NCBI RefSeq assembly: GCF_009914755.1
Contig: NC_060931.1
Direction: 5' to 3' (one strand)
Source of the DNA: the human T2T-CHM13v2.0 reference genome, Homo sapiens
Length of the DNA stretch: 64,000 bases
The notes beneath the pieces are model-generated. The model had not been told where the DNA came from. It did no database searches and saw only the letters and a program-made list of their open reading frames with translations. This document shows, in pieces, positions 12,470 to 23,654 of the stretch. How positions within the stretch are numbered: position 1 is the first letter of the stretch; each line of letters opens with the position of its first letter. Both the position numbers and the translations under genes were made by a program.

Positions 12470-13000
12470 CCTGTAGGATGGATTGGCAAGGAGAGCCATG
12501 GAAAAAATAAAACAAACTCAATGGCTATTTGAGAAATGCAGACACATGGCTTTGAGGCTTGGCACCAAGCGCGGGGGCAGTGGCACCATTAGAAAGAAGT
12601 AGACATTTCTGTGACTGTCTGCCTCTGTGGAGAAAGGGGGAGCCTAAGGTCAAGATGACAGTGGTTTAAACACAGTGTTAGAATGGAGGTTTTATGAACA
12701 GAATCACAGAAGGAGGCAGGGGACAAGAAGCACACAGGCTGAGACAGACTTTGTATGCGGTGCCTTCTTTCAGGAAGATTGAAGTGCCATGTTTATTGTC
12801 TAGACTTGTACTTGCCATGGAAGCAGGACATCTGAGAGCTTGCTCTGTCTGGGCAATTCAAGATAGAGACTTAGAGACGTCATTGTTGAGCAGTAGAGCT
12901 GGAGGTGAAGATTTGAGAAACTTCCGTGTAGGTACGAGTTGAAGCCACATGAAAGGAAGAAACCTGGGGACAAAAAGCTTAGGGAATGCCCATAGCTAAT
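12470..13000 (-). mobile_element. L2 fragment
   Basis: Antisense L2-like motifs (gtaggatggattggcaagg; gtcaagatgac; gagttgaagccac). Confidence 0.5.
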
Positions 13001-13158
13001 GGTGGTATTTAAAACACATTATAAGCTTTTGCTGTGGCTTTTGCTTATTTTTATTTAAAAACTTTTTTATTTAAAAAACTTTTAATTAAAAACTGTTTTA
13101 TGTCCACGTATAGGCTTCCTCGGGCTGTCTTTACAATATATGTTATGGTAGGGGATTA

Positions 13159-13226
13159 TTAGGCTGGCACAAAAGTAATTGTGGTTTTTGCCATTAAACG
13201 GAGTGGACCAAAGAATTTTGCACCAA
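13159..13226 (+). mobile_element. MADE1 (Hsmar1-derived MITE), right arm rearranged
   Basis: ttaggctggcacaaaagtaattgtggtttttgccatta matches the MADE1 left TIR; only ttttgcaccaa of the right TIR remains. Confidence 0.8.
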
Positions 13227-14104
13227 TTCTTTGGTCCATGTGTCTGCATTTCTCAGATAGCTGTTGAGTTTGTTTTATTTTTCTGACTGCTCTCCTTGCC
13301 AATCCATCCTACAGGCATAGACATTTAAAAACTCAAATTTCATACCTTGTTTGGGGATACATAAATACATAGTGGAATTTTAACAACATGTTAAATGTTT
13401 GAATGCTACAATAACATTCTAAACTAGGTTAGATTCTTGTGACAGTAAATAGGATGTTATGGTTTGGCTTGGAATTCTTGTAAGACTTGGCACAGTTTTT
13501 AGTCCTGATCCAAAGGAGTTTAGTCATCAGAAGAACCACCAGTGGCACAGTAAATGTCAGTGCTAGGTAAAAATGTGACATCAACAAAGTTTGTTTCTAG
13601 GGCTGCCATTCTCCTTTTTGTTAGTTTCTTTGGTCCTACATTTCTTCATCTTCACAATAAGAAGTTGGTCTGGATAATGTGTCAAATCATTGCAAAAATG
13701 TTCTATGCTTTTTAGCCTTAATGACGTTCCATCCTGCCTAAGGCCTGTGCCTGGGGGATTTCACTCTGCCCTTTCTTCTCTCACAGGCCATTTAAATGTT
13801 ACAGCTCTAAATTCGTTTTTCTCAGAGTCCTGCTACTTACTAATGCTAATGTGTCAAGTCTGTATTATTTCCAGTAATTCACAATACACTATGATTGGCC
13901 TAATATATTCACTCCCAGATGGCTTCTTCACTGGGGGTTTCACTGCCTGAACCTAAAGTGGTGCTCAATGGTAGCATGGCAGAGGTAAGCTAAACAGGGT
14001 GATATTGTTATTATTTATTTTCACAAGTACTTTTCTGATCCATATTTATCTAACCTTTATAAACATAACATTAGAAATGTAAGACCTACATTTTTATGTT
14101 TTTC

Positions 14105-14437
14105 TTTTTTTTTTTTATTATACTTTAAGTTTTAGGGTACATGTGCACATTGTGCAGGTTAGTTACATATGTGTACATGTGCCATGCTGGTGCGCTACAC
14201 CCAGTAACTCGTCATCTAGCATTAGGTATATCTTCCAATGCTATCCCTCCCCGCTCCCCACCCCACCACAGTCCCCAGAGTGTGATATTCCCCTTCCTGT
14301 GTCCATGTGATCTCATTGTTCAATTCCCACCTATGAGTGAGAATATGCGGTGTTTGGTTTTTTGTTCTTATGATAGTTTACTGAGAATGATGATTTCCAA
14401 TTTCATCCATGTCCCTACAAAGGACATGAACTCATCA
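14105..14437 (-). mobile_element. L1PA2-like 3' end (about 330 bp, 5'-truncated)
   Basis: Near-consensus young L1 3'UTR. Young-L1 diagnostics (gatcacatgg, aatatcacactctggg, actaacctgcacaatgtg on - strand) but GAG rather than ACA/ACG, and ttaaagtat rather than ttagagtat. Confidence 0.93.
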
Positions 14438-15744
14438 ATTCTTACTTGAGATAATTTTCAAAAGTTTTTACTTTCCAGTCAATGAACTTTCTTTGTTTAG
14501 CTTGTATTTGAATTGACTGTTCTTAAGTCAATTTTTATGTGACAGTGTTGCTACATAGGACACTCTTAGTCATATAGCTATAGCTGTGAGTTGGTTTAAA
14601 TATCCCATATAAAAAGTTATAAAAACAAATAGTAAAGCTGTTATTATGAATTTACCTATAGGAAAACTGAAATTTTATTAAAAGTTTCATATCAGCATTT
14701 TGTGATTTTGTAACAACACCGTGAACGAAAACCCAGTAAGTAGGAGGGAAAGTGTTCTGTATTTATAGTTAGGATTGTATCTGTTAGATTCAAAATGATG
14801 AGTTAGATTTTAAACTTATTTTGGAGCCCAACTATTCTTGAGTTTCCAAATGAATAAAGATATTTATATAATAAAAATTCAGTTTATTGTTGAAAAATGA
14901 ATTAAGATGACAGTAAATAACCTCAGGTGTAGGACTCTGCATTGTAAAGTGGTACATTTAATGTTTATGCAAGAGTAAGATTTTTTTAAAAATTTATTTT
15001 AAAAAGTGATTAGCACCTTGGCTGTACAACTCTTAAGATTTTTTTTTTTTTTTTTGCAACACTGCATAAAATTTGAAGTATTTTTTGCTTCAAAATTTGA
15101 CCTACTTAGAAAAGTTCTGATAATTCCAACGTAATATATTCCTTGTTTTGTAAGCGCCTTTGGGTAATGTATTGGAGAGACAAGTAATCTCATCAAGAAG
15201 CGTAATGGACCCTATCACATTTCAAGATATATTTTTTTTCCTAGCACTTCTGCTTCAAATTTAGTCTGTGTTTAATGATACCACACTTTACTGGCGAGGG
15301 TACTTTTCCAGCAGTTTAACTCTCTTTGCATACAAATGGTGTTTTGGGTCTGGCTGCCATTACTGATCTTTTCCTTGAAATGAGGTGACATAATTTGATT
15401 TTTTACAGTCAGGAAAAAAAGGTTTAGTTCACCTTGAGAGGTTAGAGAAAGAAAGGTTATCATTGAATGAAATGCATGGCTTGATGCCATTTGTAAAACA
15501 GGTTGGTGCTGGCTCAAGAAGGCAGGAACAAATTCTAACTTGGTTGAAAAGTATGATTGGCGGAGGGGTAAAGGAAAATCTCCAGAATTAGTCATTCAGG
15601 GGCTCTGCAATGTAGATCTGAAGCAGTGCGGAGAAAAGGCTACCAATCCACCTTCATCTTAGCAAGCAAGCACTGTTCCTCTTCTTGATTCCAGGGAGCT
15701 ACGTATTTTAGTCAAAGATGTTAAATTTTGAAGGCTTCTCAAGA

Positions 15745-15875
15745 GACTGTCATGACAAGCAAGATATTCTTTATTATCTCCTTTTGTTAATGAAGCAGTT
15801 GAGGTCCTAAGAGACATTAAGTGACTTTCCCAGGAACTCAGATACCACCACCCTAAAATTCAGGTCTTCCTCCCC
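15745..15875 (-). mobile_element. MIR fragment
   Basis: ttattatctcccttttgttaatgaagcagttgagg...attaagtgactttccca. Confidence 0.6.
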
Positions 15876-15897
15876 TTACAGCAGCCTCTCTCTAGAT

Positions 15898-16124
15898 CAA
15901 GCTTGTCCAACCTGTGGCCTGCGGGCCATGTGCAGCCCAGGGTGGCTTTGAATGCAGCCCAACACAAATTTGTAAACTTTCCTAAAACATTATGAGATTT
16001 TTTTGCAAATTTTTTTTTTTTTTTTAGCTCATCGGCTATCATTAGTGTTAGTGCATTTTATGTGTGGCCCAAGACAGTTCTTCCAGTCCGTGGCCCAGAG
16101 AAGCCAAAAGATTGGACGCTCCTG
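15898..16124 (-). mobile_element. MER30 (hAT-Charlie MITE), full length
   Basis: Ends caagcttgtccaacc...attggacgctcctg, internal T-run, and perfect 8-bp TSD ctctagat at 15890-15897 and 16125-16132. Confidence 0.92.
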
Positions 16125-18259
16125 CTCTAGATATACTGACTTTTCCAAGGAATGACAGGGGTTAAGATCCGTTTTTAATTGGTTCCACTCCTGGTGGAAG
16201 GCTTTCTTCTATACATGTCAGGTTTTCTTTGACTTATCAATACCTTCATGAAGAAACAATGAAGTGAAGGACATTTTAAAAGCAGGTTGTATAAGCCACT
16301 AAAAAATTTTGAATAATGCCTAGTCTCTGCATATAAGTAAAAAAAAAAAGCAGTTTAACAATATGTTAATTATATGTAGACATTATTTTTATCACAATAA
16401 AATTAAGACATACTACAAGAACAGATTGACTTAGTTTTTCAGTTTGCAATTATCTTCCCAGTTAAATATAAGTAAAGATCTTAATAAATGTAACATTAAA
16501 GTTCTTGAACTATATACCACACACCATTCCACATAAACAGACCGGTTATATTAAAACTAGCAAAGCCGTATTTTGTCTGTGCTTGCTAGAAAATAAATTT
16601 TGCATATATTCTAGAAGACAAAGATGATTTTGTATATGTAATTGACAAAAAATACTTCTAGGAAAAATATAATTATTGTATTAAAGGTTATGAAATGGCA
16701 GTTGAAACCCCTAAAGTCATGGATTCTAGTTAATACAGTATAATAAGGGAGAGCTCACACTATTCCTCATGAATCATGCTGAGAAAACTCCTGTCAAATA
16801 AAGAATTATTAAGTTGAGTTAAAGAAATTAATTTGTTTCTTCAAAACTGAAGTTAAGAAATGCAAACATTTTTTTCTCTGGATGAAAACACTGTTTTTTT
16901 TTCCCGCAATGCAATTTTATAAATAAAAGGTTTATTGCAAATGTATTTTGATGACCTTATTATACTCATTTTGTGTGAAATTATTTAAAAAATAATATTC
17001 CCTCAAGTTAAATTGCTCAATTGAAACTTCTCGCTTCTCAATATAAGCATCAGAATAATACTTTAAGGTCATAATATCAGAAGCTATTGACTAAGTGATT
17101 TAAAGATAGAATGTCTGTATTCTCAGATGGAGCAAATTAATTTAAATATGGTAGTTGAAGTTGCATTTTATGATAGAGCAGGACATTGTTGTCGTGTTTT
17201 TTAACCTTAACCTGAAAATAATTAGAGGAAAAAGCAATCTAGATACATTATAGATTTTTTTTTATTGCATAAAGTGATTTAATCCTCTGTTTTATTCCAG
17301 AGACTTATTTAGGTTTCATTTACTGTCCCACTGGGATAGTAGATAGCATAATACTTTCTTTCTTATTACTATCTAAGTATTTAAATGCAGAAATGGAGAT
17401 GAAAACTTTGACTCCTACTGCATTTGAATGTATGAATTTACATATATAAAAATGTACAATAAGCATGTGTATAGAAAAAATCAGTTATATTTTTTGTAGC
17501 TCTTGCTACAGAGACCAAGAGATCAAAATAAATCTGCCCTCAAATGAGAAGTGCCAGCTTCTTCGCTTCCCATTTCTCCCACCAGACACTCATGTTTAAT
17601 AATGAGAATGAATGAATGATGCAGTGGATAAAGGTCTGTCTTGTTAATTAGATGTTCTCAGATAATGAAGTCTTAATACACCTGTGTTTTCTATATTCCC
17701 TCTAAATCACCATAGAATTCAAGAAAATGGATCTTGTATAAATCTTCAGATCTATTTATTTTTGTGCATATGCATTTGACCAAGTAATTTATTTAAATGA
17801 TTTAAATGTTCAATGACTCTACTGCTTTTGAAGTCGTATGTGTGGTTCTTAAAAATTTAAAATACTCAGGTGTTAAGAACAGCAGCCTTACCATCAGTTG
17901 GTGATTTCCTTAAGTGAAAATTGAAGAGTTTAAGGGTGCAAGTCATACAGCAATTAAGTAGAAAATGTACATGTGATTAATAATAATTCCAGTCTACTTG
18001 TTTGTTTGCACTCTTGGGTCAGTGCTAGTAATCTTACACACTTAATTGACACTTGTGACATATGCCCATATGCTTAGTTCTCTAATTGTGGTTCTGAAGG
18101 GGACTTACTTGGCATATGTAGTTTATATGCATCATCTCAGTCAGAAAATGGGAAGGAATCCAGATGATGATACGAAGTATGCAATGTTATCCTTTGGTGA
18201 AGACATTGTTATTGTGTATGGTGTGGCTGGATATGAGGGTTGAGGTGTCAAAGAAGGGC

Positions 18260-18430
18260 GTTAGTCTTGGAGCCAGGAAGATCTGGATTTTTACATAAGC
18301 ATATTATTAGCTACCTCAGTGATATTTGCAAACTAACTTTACCTTTCCAAGTCTCAGTTTCTTCATCCATAATGCCTTCTTTGTGAGGTGGTAGTAAACT
18401 AAAAGGAAAAAATTTATGTAAAGTTTGAAC
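18260..18430 (+). mobile_element. MIR fragment
   Basis: ttggagccaggaagatctggattt...gtctcagtttcttcatccataa. Confidence 0.6.
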
Positions 18431-19045
18431 CTACTTTCTAGAAGACGTGAACAAATTGACTTTGCCTTCATTTGTTTCAGTTTCTTCATCTAAATGTCTA
18501 GTCTGTAAGGCAGTAGGAATTGTATGATGAAGTCATTCTGTAAAGCTAGAAACAAACCTTCTAGAAGGCATAGACAGTGTCTAGTCTATAGTACAGTGTT
18601 TGGGGCCTAGGGAGTGCTCAGTAGTCATTTGAGTGACTTTAGGCACTTAGGATACTGACAGATATTAAACAAATATTATTTCTGTGATCTTCTTTTTCCA
18701 GAGTTCTTTAACTGGTTGAATTACTAGTTAACAATAGTTAATCATCTCAGTTAAGTAACTTTTTCCTTCAGGTCTTATTTTGTACATATATAATATATAA
18801 TATAAAGTGTTGTTTGTCAATTGTTTTTTTCTATGACTTTTCCTAAAAACATGATTTTACTGGATGCAGTAGCATAAAGAAGCCATTAAAATATTGATAG
18901 TTTTTCATAGAAAGGGTAGAACACCAGTTAATATAAAGATTAAGTGTATAGTAAATTCACCCCACCTGTATTATGGTCAAGTCACTAGCATAAAGCTATT
19001 AAGTTTTCAGAGATGGCAAATGGGTAGTTATGGAATAAGACTCTT

Positions 19046-19191
19046 TTTTTTTTGAGACGGAGTCTTGCTCTGTCGCCCAGGCAGGAGTTTAGTGGCGCGA
19101 TCTCGGCTCACTGCAAGCTCCGCCTCCCGGGTTCCTGCCTCAGCCTTCCGAGTGGCTGGGACTACAGGCACCCACCGCCACGCCCAGCCAA

Positions 19192-19245
<54 letters not shown>

Positions 19246-19364
19246 TAGTAGAGATGGGGTTTCACCGTGTTAGCCAGGATGGTCTCGATATCCTGACCTT
19301 GTGATCTGCCCACCTCGGGCTCCCAAAGTGCTGGGATTAAAGGCTTGAACCACCGCGCCCGGCC
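19046..19364 (-). mobile_element. AluY with (TG)24 in the central linker and an 11-nt internal deletion
   Basis: AluY diagnostics (ctgcaagctcc, accgtgttagccaggatggtctcgat). TSD ggaataagactctt/ggaatgagactctt at 19032-19045 and 19365-19378. TG tract at 19194-19241. Confidence 0.95.
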
Positions 19365-19419
19365 GGAATGAGACTCTTACATTTACGTTGAAAAGCATAG
19401 GTGCTGGAGTCCATGGTAA

Positions 19420-19857
19420 GATTATTAGCTGACTACCAAATTTCATTCCTTCTTTTTCCATGGAAACAGTGCCTAAGCACGTGGCTGGCCAGCTAGGCAC
19501 TATGACTTCCAGTTCCCATTTGAGATAGGTGTGGCCATGTGGCTGAGTTCTTATGAATAGAATGTGAGTGATTTGGCAATTTGTGTCACTTCTGGATCTG
19601 TGCTTTAAGATGTTAGTTAGGCTCCATGTTCCTTCCCCGTTCTGCTGGCTGGAACCTCACATGGTTTTGGTCCAGTGTCAACCTTCTGCTGTAGCAGTGT
19701 TCTAGAAATGTCAGGGCAGCAAGGTGGAAAGAACCTTGGTTGCTGAGGTCCTGCCAACCTGAAGTGTTACACAAGAAAGAAACTTCTCTGTTGTTTACAA
19801 CACTGTATTAATTGGTTTCTTTGTTACAGCAGCTTAGTATAAACCCTGCTTGATAGA
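19420..19857 (+). mobile_element. Old ERVL/ERVL-MaLR solo LTR (MLT1I/J- or LTR16-like)
   Basis: ggtgtggccatgtggctgagttct...gaatgtgag and a 3' end aaacttctctgttgttt...tgttacagcagcttag...ccctg. Confidence 0.6.
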
Positions 19858-19989
19858 GAGTCCCATAGAATTTCGTTGACCTGGGCTCTGCCCAGCATTA
19901 GCAAAGTGTTTTGAATCTCCAAGCCCCAGGTTCCTCCTGTGTTACATGGTACTATTGTGAGATTATACTATATAAGAGTTTAAAAGTTC

Positions 19990-20210
19990 AGCATTTAAAT
20001 ATACCAGGGACTGTACTAAGTGCCTTCTATACACTGTCATTTAATGTTCATGACTAAGTTATGAACTAGAAATTATCTGGATTTTATGGATGGGAGCTTT
20101 GAGGAATGATGAGTGTAAATTACTTTCCCAAAGGTCTAGAGCTGGTACTGATAGAGCCAGGTTTTTAAAAAGCTCAGACTACCAGACTTCAGAGCTCATA
20201 CTCTCAAGCA
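19990..20210 (-). mobile_element. MIR SINE
   Basis: taccagggactgtactaagtgcctt...tcatttaat...tacttt cccaaaggtctagagctggt...gagccaggttt. Confidence 0.65.
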
Positions 20211-20859
20211 ATACCAGTAGCTCTTAGCAAAGTCTTTGGAAAATATTAAGCATTCCATAAGTGCTAATAGTATTATTAATTCTTAGCAAACATCATGGAG
20301 CCCCTGTTATAGGTAAAGTAATGTGGGTTGTGTTTTGGGGACCCTCAGGCTATTTAGCAGGGGACACAGATGTATAGAAAAGTCATCAGAGTACATGTAC
20401 TGCATGAAAGTTGAAAAAAAGTAGGTTCTCTTTGACAAAAAAGTAATAGAGATCAGTGAATCTCAGAAACTAGATCACCTACCATGCAATCACAAAATAT
20501 GCCATATTCTACACTGTTGATATTAAATTAATATTTAAGGTCCATACATCACTTTTTAATGGGGGCAGAGTGCGTAAGCCATTTTTACGTATTCCAAGAC
20601 TTAAGAATATGTCTTGTGATTTCTCTAAGAGAAATTCTCCAGCAGATCAGAAGGATAGAACCCTCAGTGGAAAATGTATGAAAATGATCCATGCTGCCCT
20701 GGACGTTCACATATGCCCCCACCCCCACCTCTGCTGTCCCCAACTAGTGAATCCTTCCTAACACATCCAGATGCCGTGGTCCCTGATTTTATTGGAATAG
20801 GGTAAAAAGTTTAAGAACTGGAAATTCTAAATTGTGTTTCTTTATAGGATAAGAAATCA

Positions 20860-21165
20860 GTTTTTTGCTCACACACTCTTCCTTCAGGGCAGGAAGACCT
20901 TCTCTGACCCACCAATCTGGGTAGCACCTTTCCCTCCTGGTTATTCTCTTTTCCAGAATTCTGTATATTTCCTCCATAGCCCACTTTTTATAATTGTAAT
21001 GTTTGTGTTTGTTTTTACTGGCACACTGTGTATCTTTTTCCATCTTCACTCTTGATGATAAGTGCCACAATAGCAAAAATCGTATACCCTCCACCAACCA
21101 GTGCATGTAGATATCCTAGGCCGGTGCCTGACACATAGCAGGTTCTCAATAAACAGTCATCAAAT
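20860..21165 (+). mobile_element. L2 3' end
   Basis: cctaggccggtgcctgacacatagcaggttctcaataaa is the L2 3' terminus motif. Confidence 0.7.
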
Positions 21166-21464
21166 ATGAAAATACATGAATAATATTAGGTTTGAGTAAA
21201 AGAAAAAGAAATATTGTTAGTTTCCCCACTTTCTCGACTAATTCTGAAAAAGGAAAATGAAAACATGTTCTGGAATAGTTTGCTTCCACTGAAGCTAGAA
21301 ATCCACATTCACATTTGCTGGTCCTTTCACCTTCTTCCACTGTACCAACCCATATGTGTCCAAAGAAACATAACTCAAAGCTAAATAAAGCATGACTCCC
21401 CTTTTATCATCAGGTTTTCTGGTCTGTAAGTCAACCAGAGAAGTAGTAATCTAGAACTGTTTGA

Positions 21465-21765
21465 ATGACACATAGTTCTGTTGTACCCTTGTAGAGCACA
21501 CAAAGAAACAAAGTTTCTGATCTCTGGGCAGGGGTCTAATAGATGAGAAGACAAGACATATGCATAGCACACCATGTAATATAGAGTGAGTAAAGAGTGC
21601 AGGCAGTAATTGCTTAAGGGTTTAGGAAAGGAACTTGGTACAGTGGCCTGGGCTGATAAGGTGAACTTGGAATGGGTTGGTGAAGGGAAGTACTTCCCAG
21701 GTTTTGAGGGACTAACTGGAACGAGGAAGGTAACCTGAGCCAAGATGAGTGAGCTAGAACACCAA
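21465..21765 (-). mobile_element. L2 fragment
   Basis: Purine-rich antisense L2-like sequence, ending at the LTR33 boundary. Confidence 0.45.
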
Positions 21766-21768
21766 GAT

Positions 21769-22229
21769 GTATTTTAGTTTGAATTTATTCCCGCCCTCAG
21801 CAATTCACTCCCCAGTCCTGAGACATGGAATGAAGTGTAAGTTGTTTATTTGGGAGGAGATCCCAGGAAACTCCAATAGGGGAAATGAGGCAGGGAATGG
21901 AAGGCAGCCAAAAAACAATATGTTATCAAGTAAGTTGGTGTGCTAGGTAACTAAAGCTTAATTCTGCTGGGGAACTCTGGAAATCTCTGTACAACAGGCA
22001 CACAGGGTGGGGAGCTGGGGTATTTCAATACCAACTCCTGAACATCGTTATTAGTTGGGGGCTGCTGTGGGTAGGACTCAGACTATGGGTGGGGATGTTA
22101 ATTCCTCAGCACTTCTGGCCACTGAAAAATACATCCAATCGTTACAGTTAGAAGTCAATGTCTGGCCAGTGTGTACTGCAGTCGCAAAAGCAAGGAGATA
22201 TGGGTGGACTGTTGATAGCATCTGCTATG
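21769..22229 (-). mobile_element. LTR33-like ERVL solo LTR
   Basis: cctgagacatggaatgaagtgtaagttgtttatttgggaggagatcccaggaa...gaaggcagccaa...ctgctggggaactctgg matches recalled antisense LTR33. Confidence 0.75.
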
Positions 22230-22914
22230 ATGTGTTTTCAGAAGTAAATCTGAGTTTTACCCATGCTCCAGAAATATGTTTACATGGTTTTGAAGTAGCA
22301 GCCTTTGTAGGAAAGAAAAGATGATAGTAATCTAAGTTTAATTAAGACTGAGTAATATAGGGGTAGTTTGGAATTGACCAATAGATTCTGAAGCCTTCTA
22401 CACATACTTTTGGTCTCTCTCCAAGTGGTGCTATTCGTGCTGCTGGTAATTACTTTTCTTCAACGCCTTTTGATCCAGGCATTTTCTTGCTTACGATCTT
22501 TGGATGGATATTCATGCTGGCAGGATTAAGTCTTAACTCCTCAGACTTTAAGATTTCTACAGTTATTTCAACTGTTTTTCAAGCTTCATCAATATTGCTG
22601 AATATAAATTCTTCACTCCAACCAGACTTATTTACTCACACTCCTTTTTGCTTGTGCTATTTTGGATTTGCGAAACACCCCCCACTTACTTAAATTCTTT
22701 CCATTCTCCATGTCTGTTTCCAAACTCCCTCATGCAGCCATCTCCCCTGGTCATCTGAGCCAGCAGGCTGAGATCTCACTTCTCTCGTGGACCTCATTCC
22801 ACAGTTAACATTGTGACATGTATTCTATCTATTAATGTGAAGTTAATTTTTTCTTATGTTATTAAATTTATTGTGTGTTTATATCTTGGCCCTTCAGCTA
22901 CAGGAGGGCAGTTC

Positions 22915-22915
<1 letters not shown>

Positions 22916-22957
<42 letters not shown>
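22916..22957. repeat. (TG)21 microsatellite
   Basis: Seen directly. Confidence 0.95.
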
Positions 22958-22961
<4 letters not shown>

Positions 22962-23333
22962 TATAGGAGGAGGCAAGAGTATCTTTTTTAAAGCCATACC
23001 TCTCAAGTTCAAATCCTGGCTTCCTCATTTATGAGCTTTGAGTCCGTGGGCAAGTAATTGACACCTCAACAACCATGAACATTTATACCTGTTAATCCAT
23101 GAGTACAAAGGGAGGGCACATAAATGAAAGTTCTGACGTGTATTAGAAAGGTTCTGAATATGAGAATCATCTTGAACACATTGAATTTTGTGAAAATAAT
23201 GGTAATTGTTCAAGACCATTATAAAAAAATTCATTTCCCCCAAAGTTCTTGTTACCATGTCATTTTCACAAATAAAGTGCTTGCTCTTTCTTAGATTCTA
23301 AAACTAGTTTCTAACATTATAAAATCAAAATTA

Positions 23334-23654
<321 letters not shown>

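Noticed and set aside
16278-16356. A-tract with repeated aaaagcag, as a possible second micro-retrocopy
   Set aside because: The repeat is only 8 nt and half of it is A; not distinguishable from chance.
19340-19364. tcaagcc variant in AluY suggesting an Old World monkey genome
   Set aside because: The companion diagnostic I recall (gagacgggc) is absent, and the L1PA2-like element points to a great ape.
19052-19500. Alu-derived ORFs (also at 23331-23689, 32329-33017 and 63355-63729)
   Set aside because: Typical Alu translations ([12 protein letters not shown]...) and microsatellite dipeptides, with no gene context.
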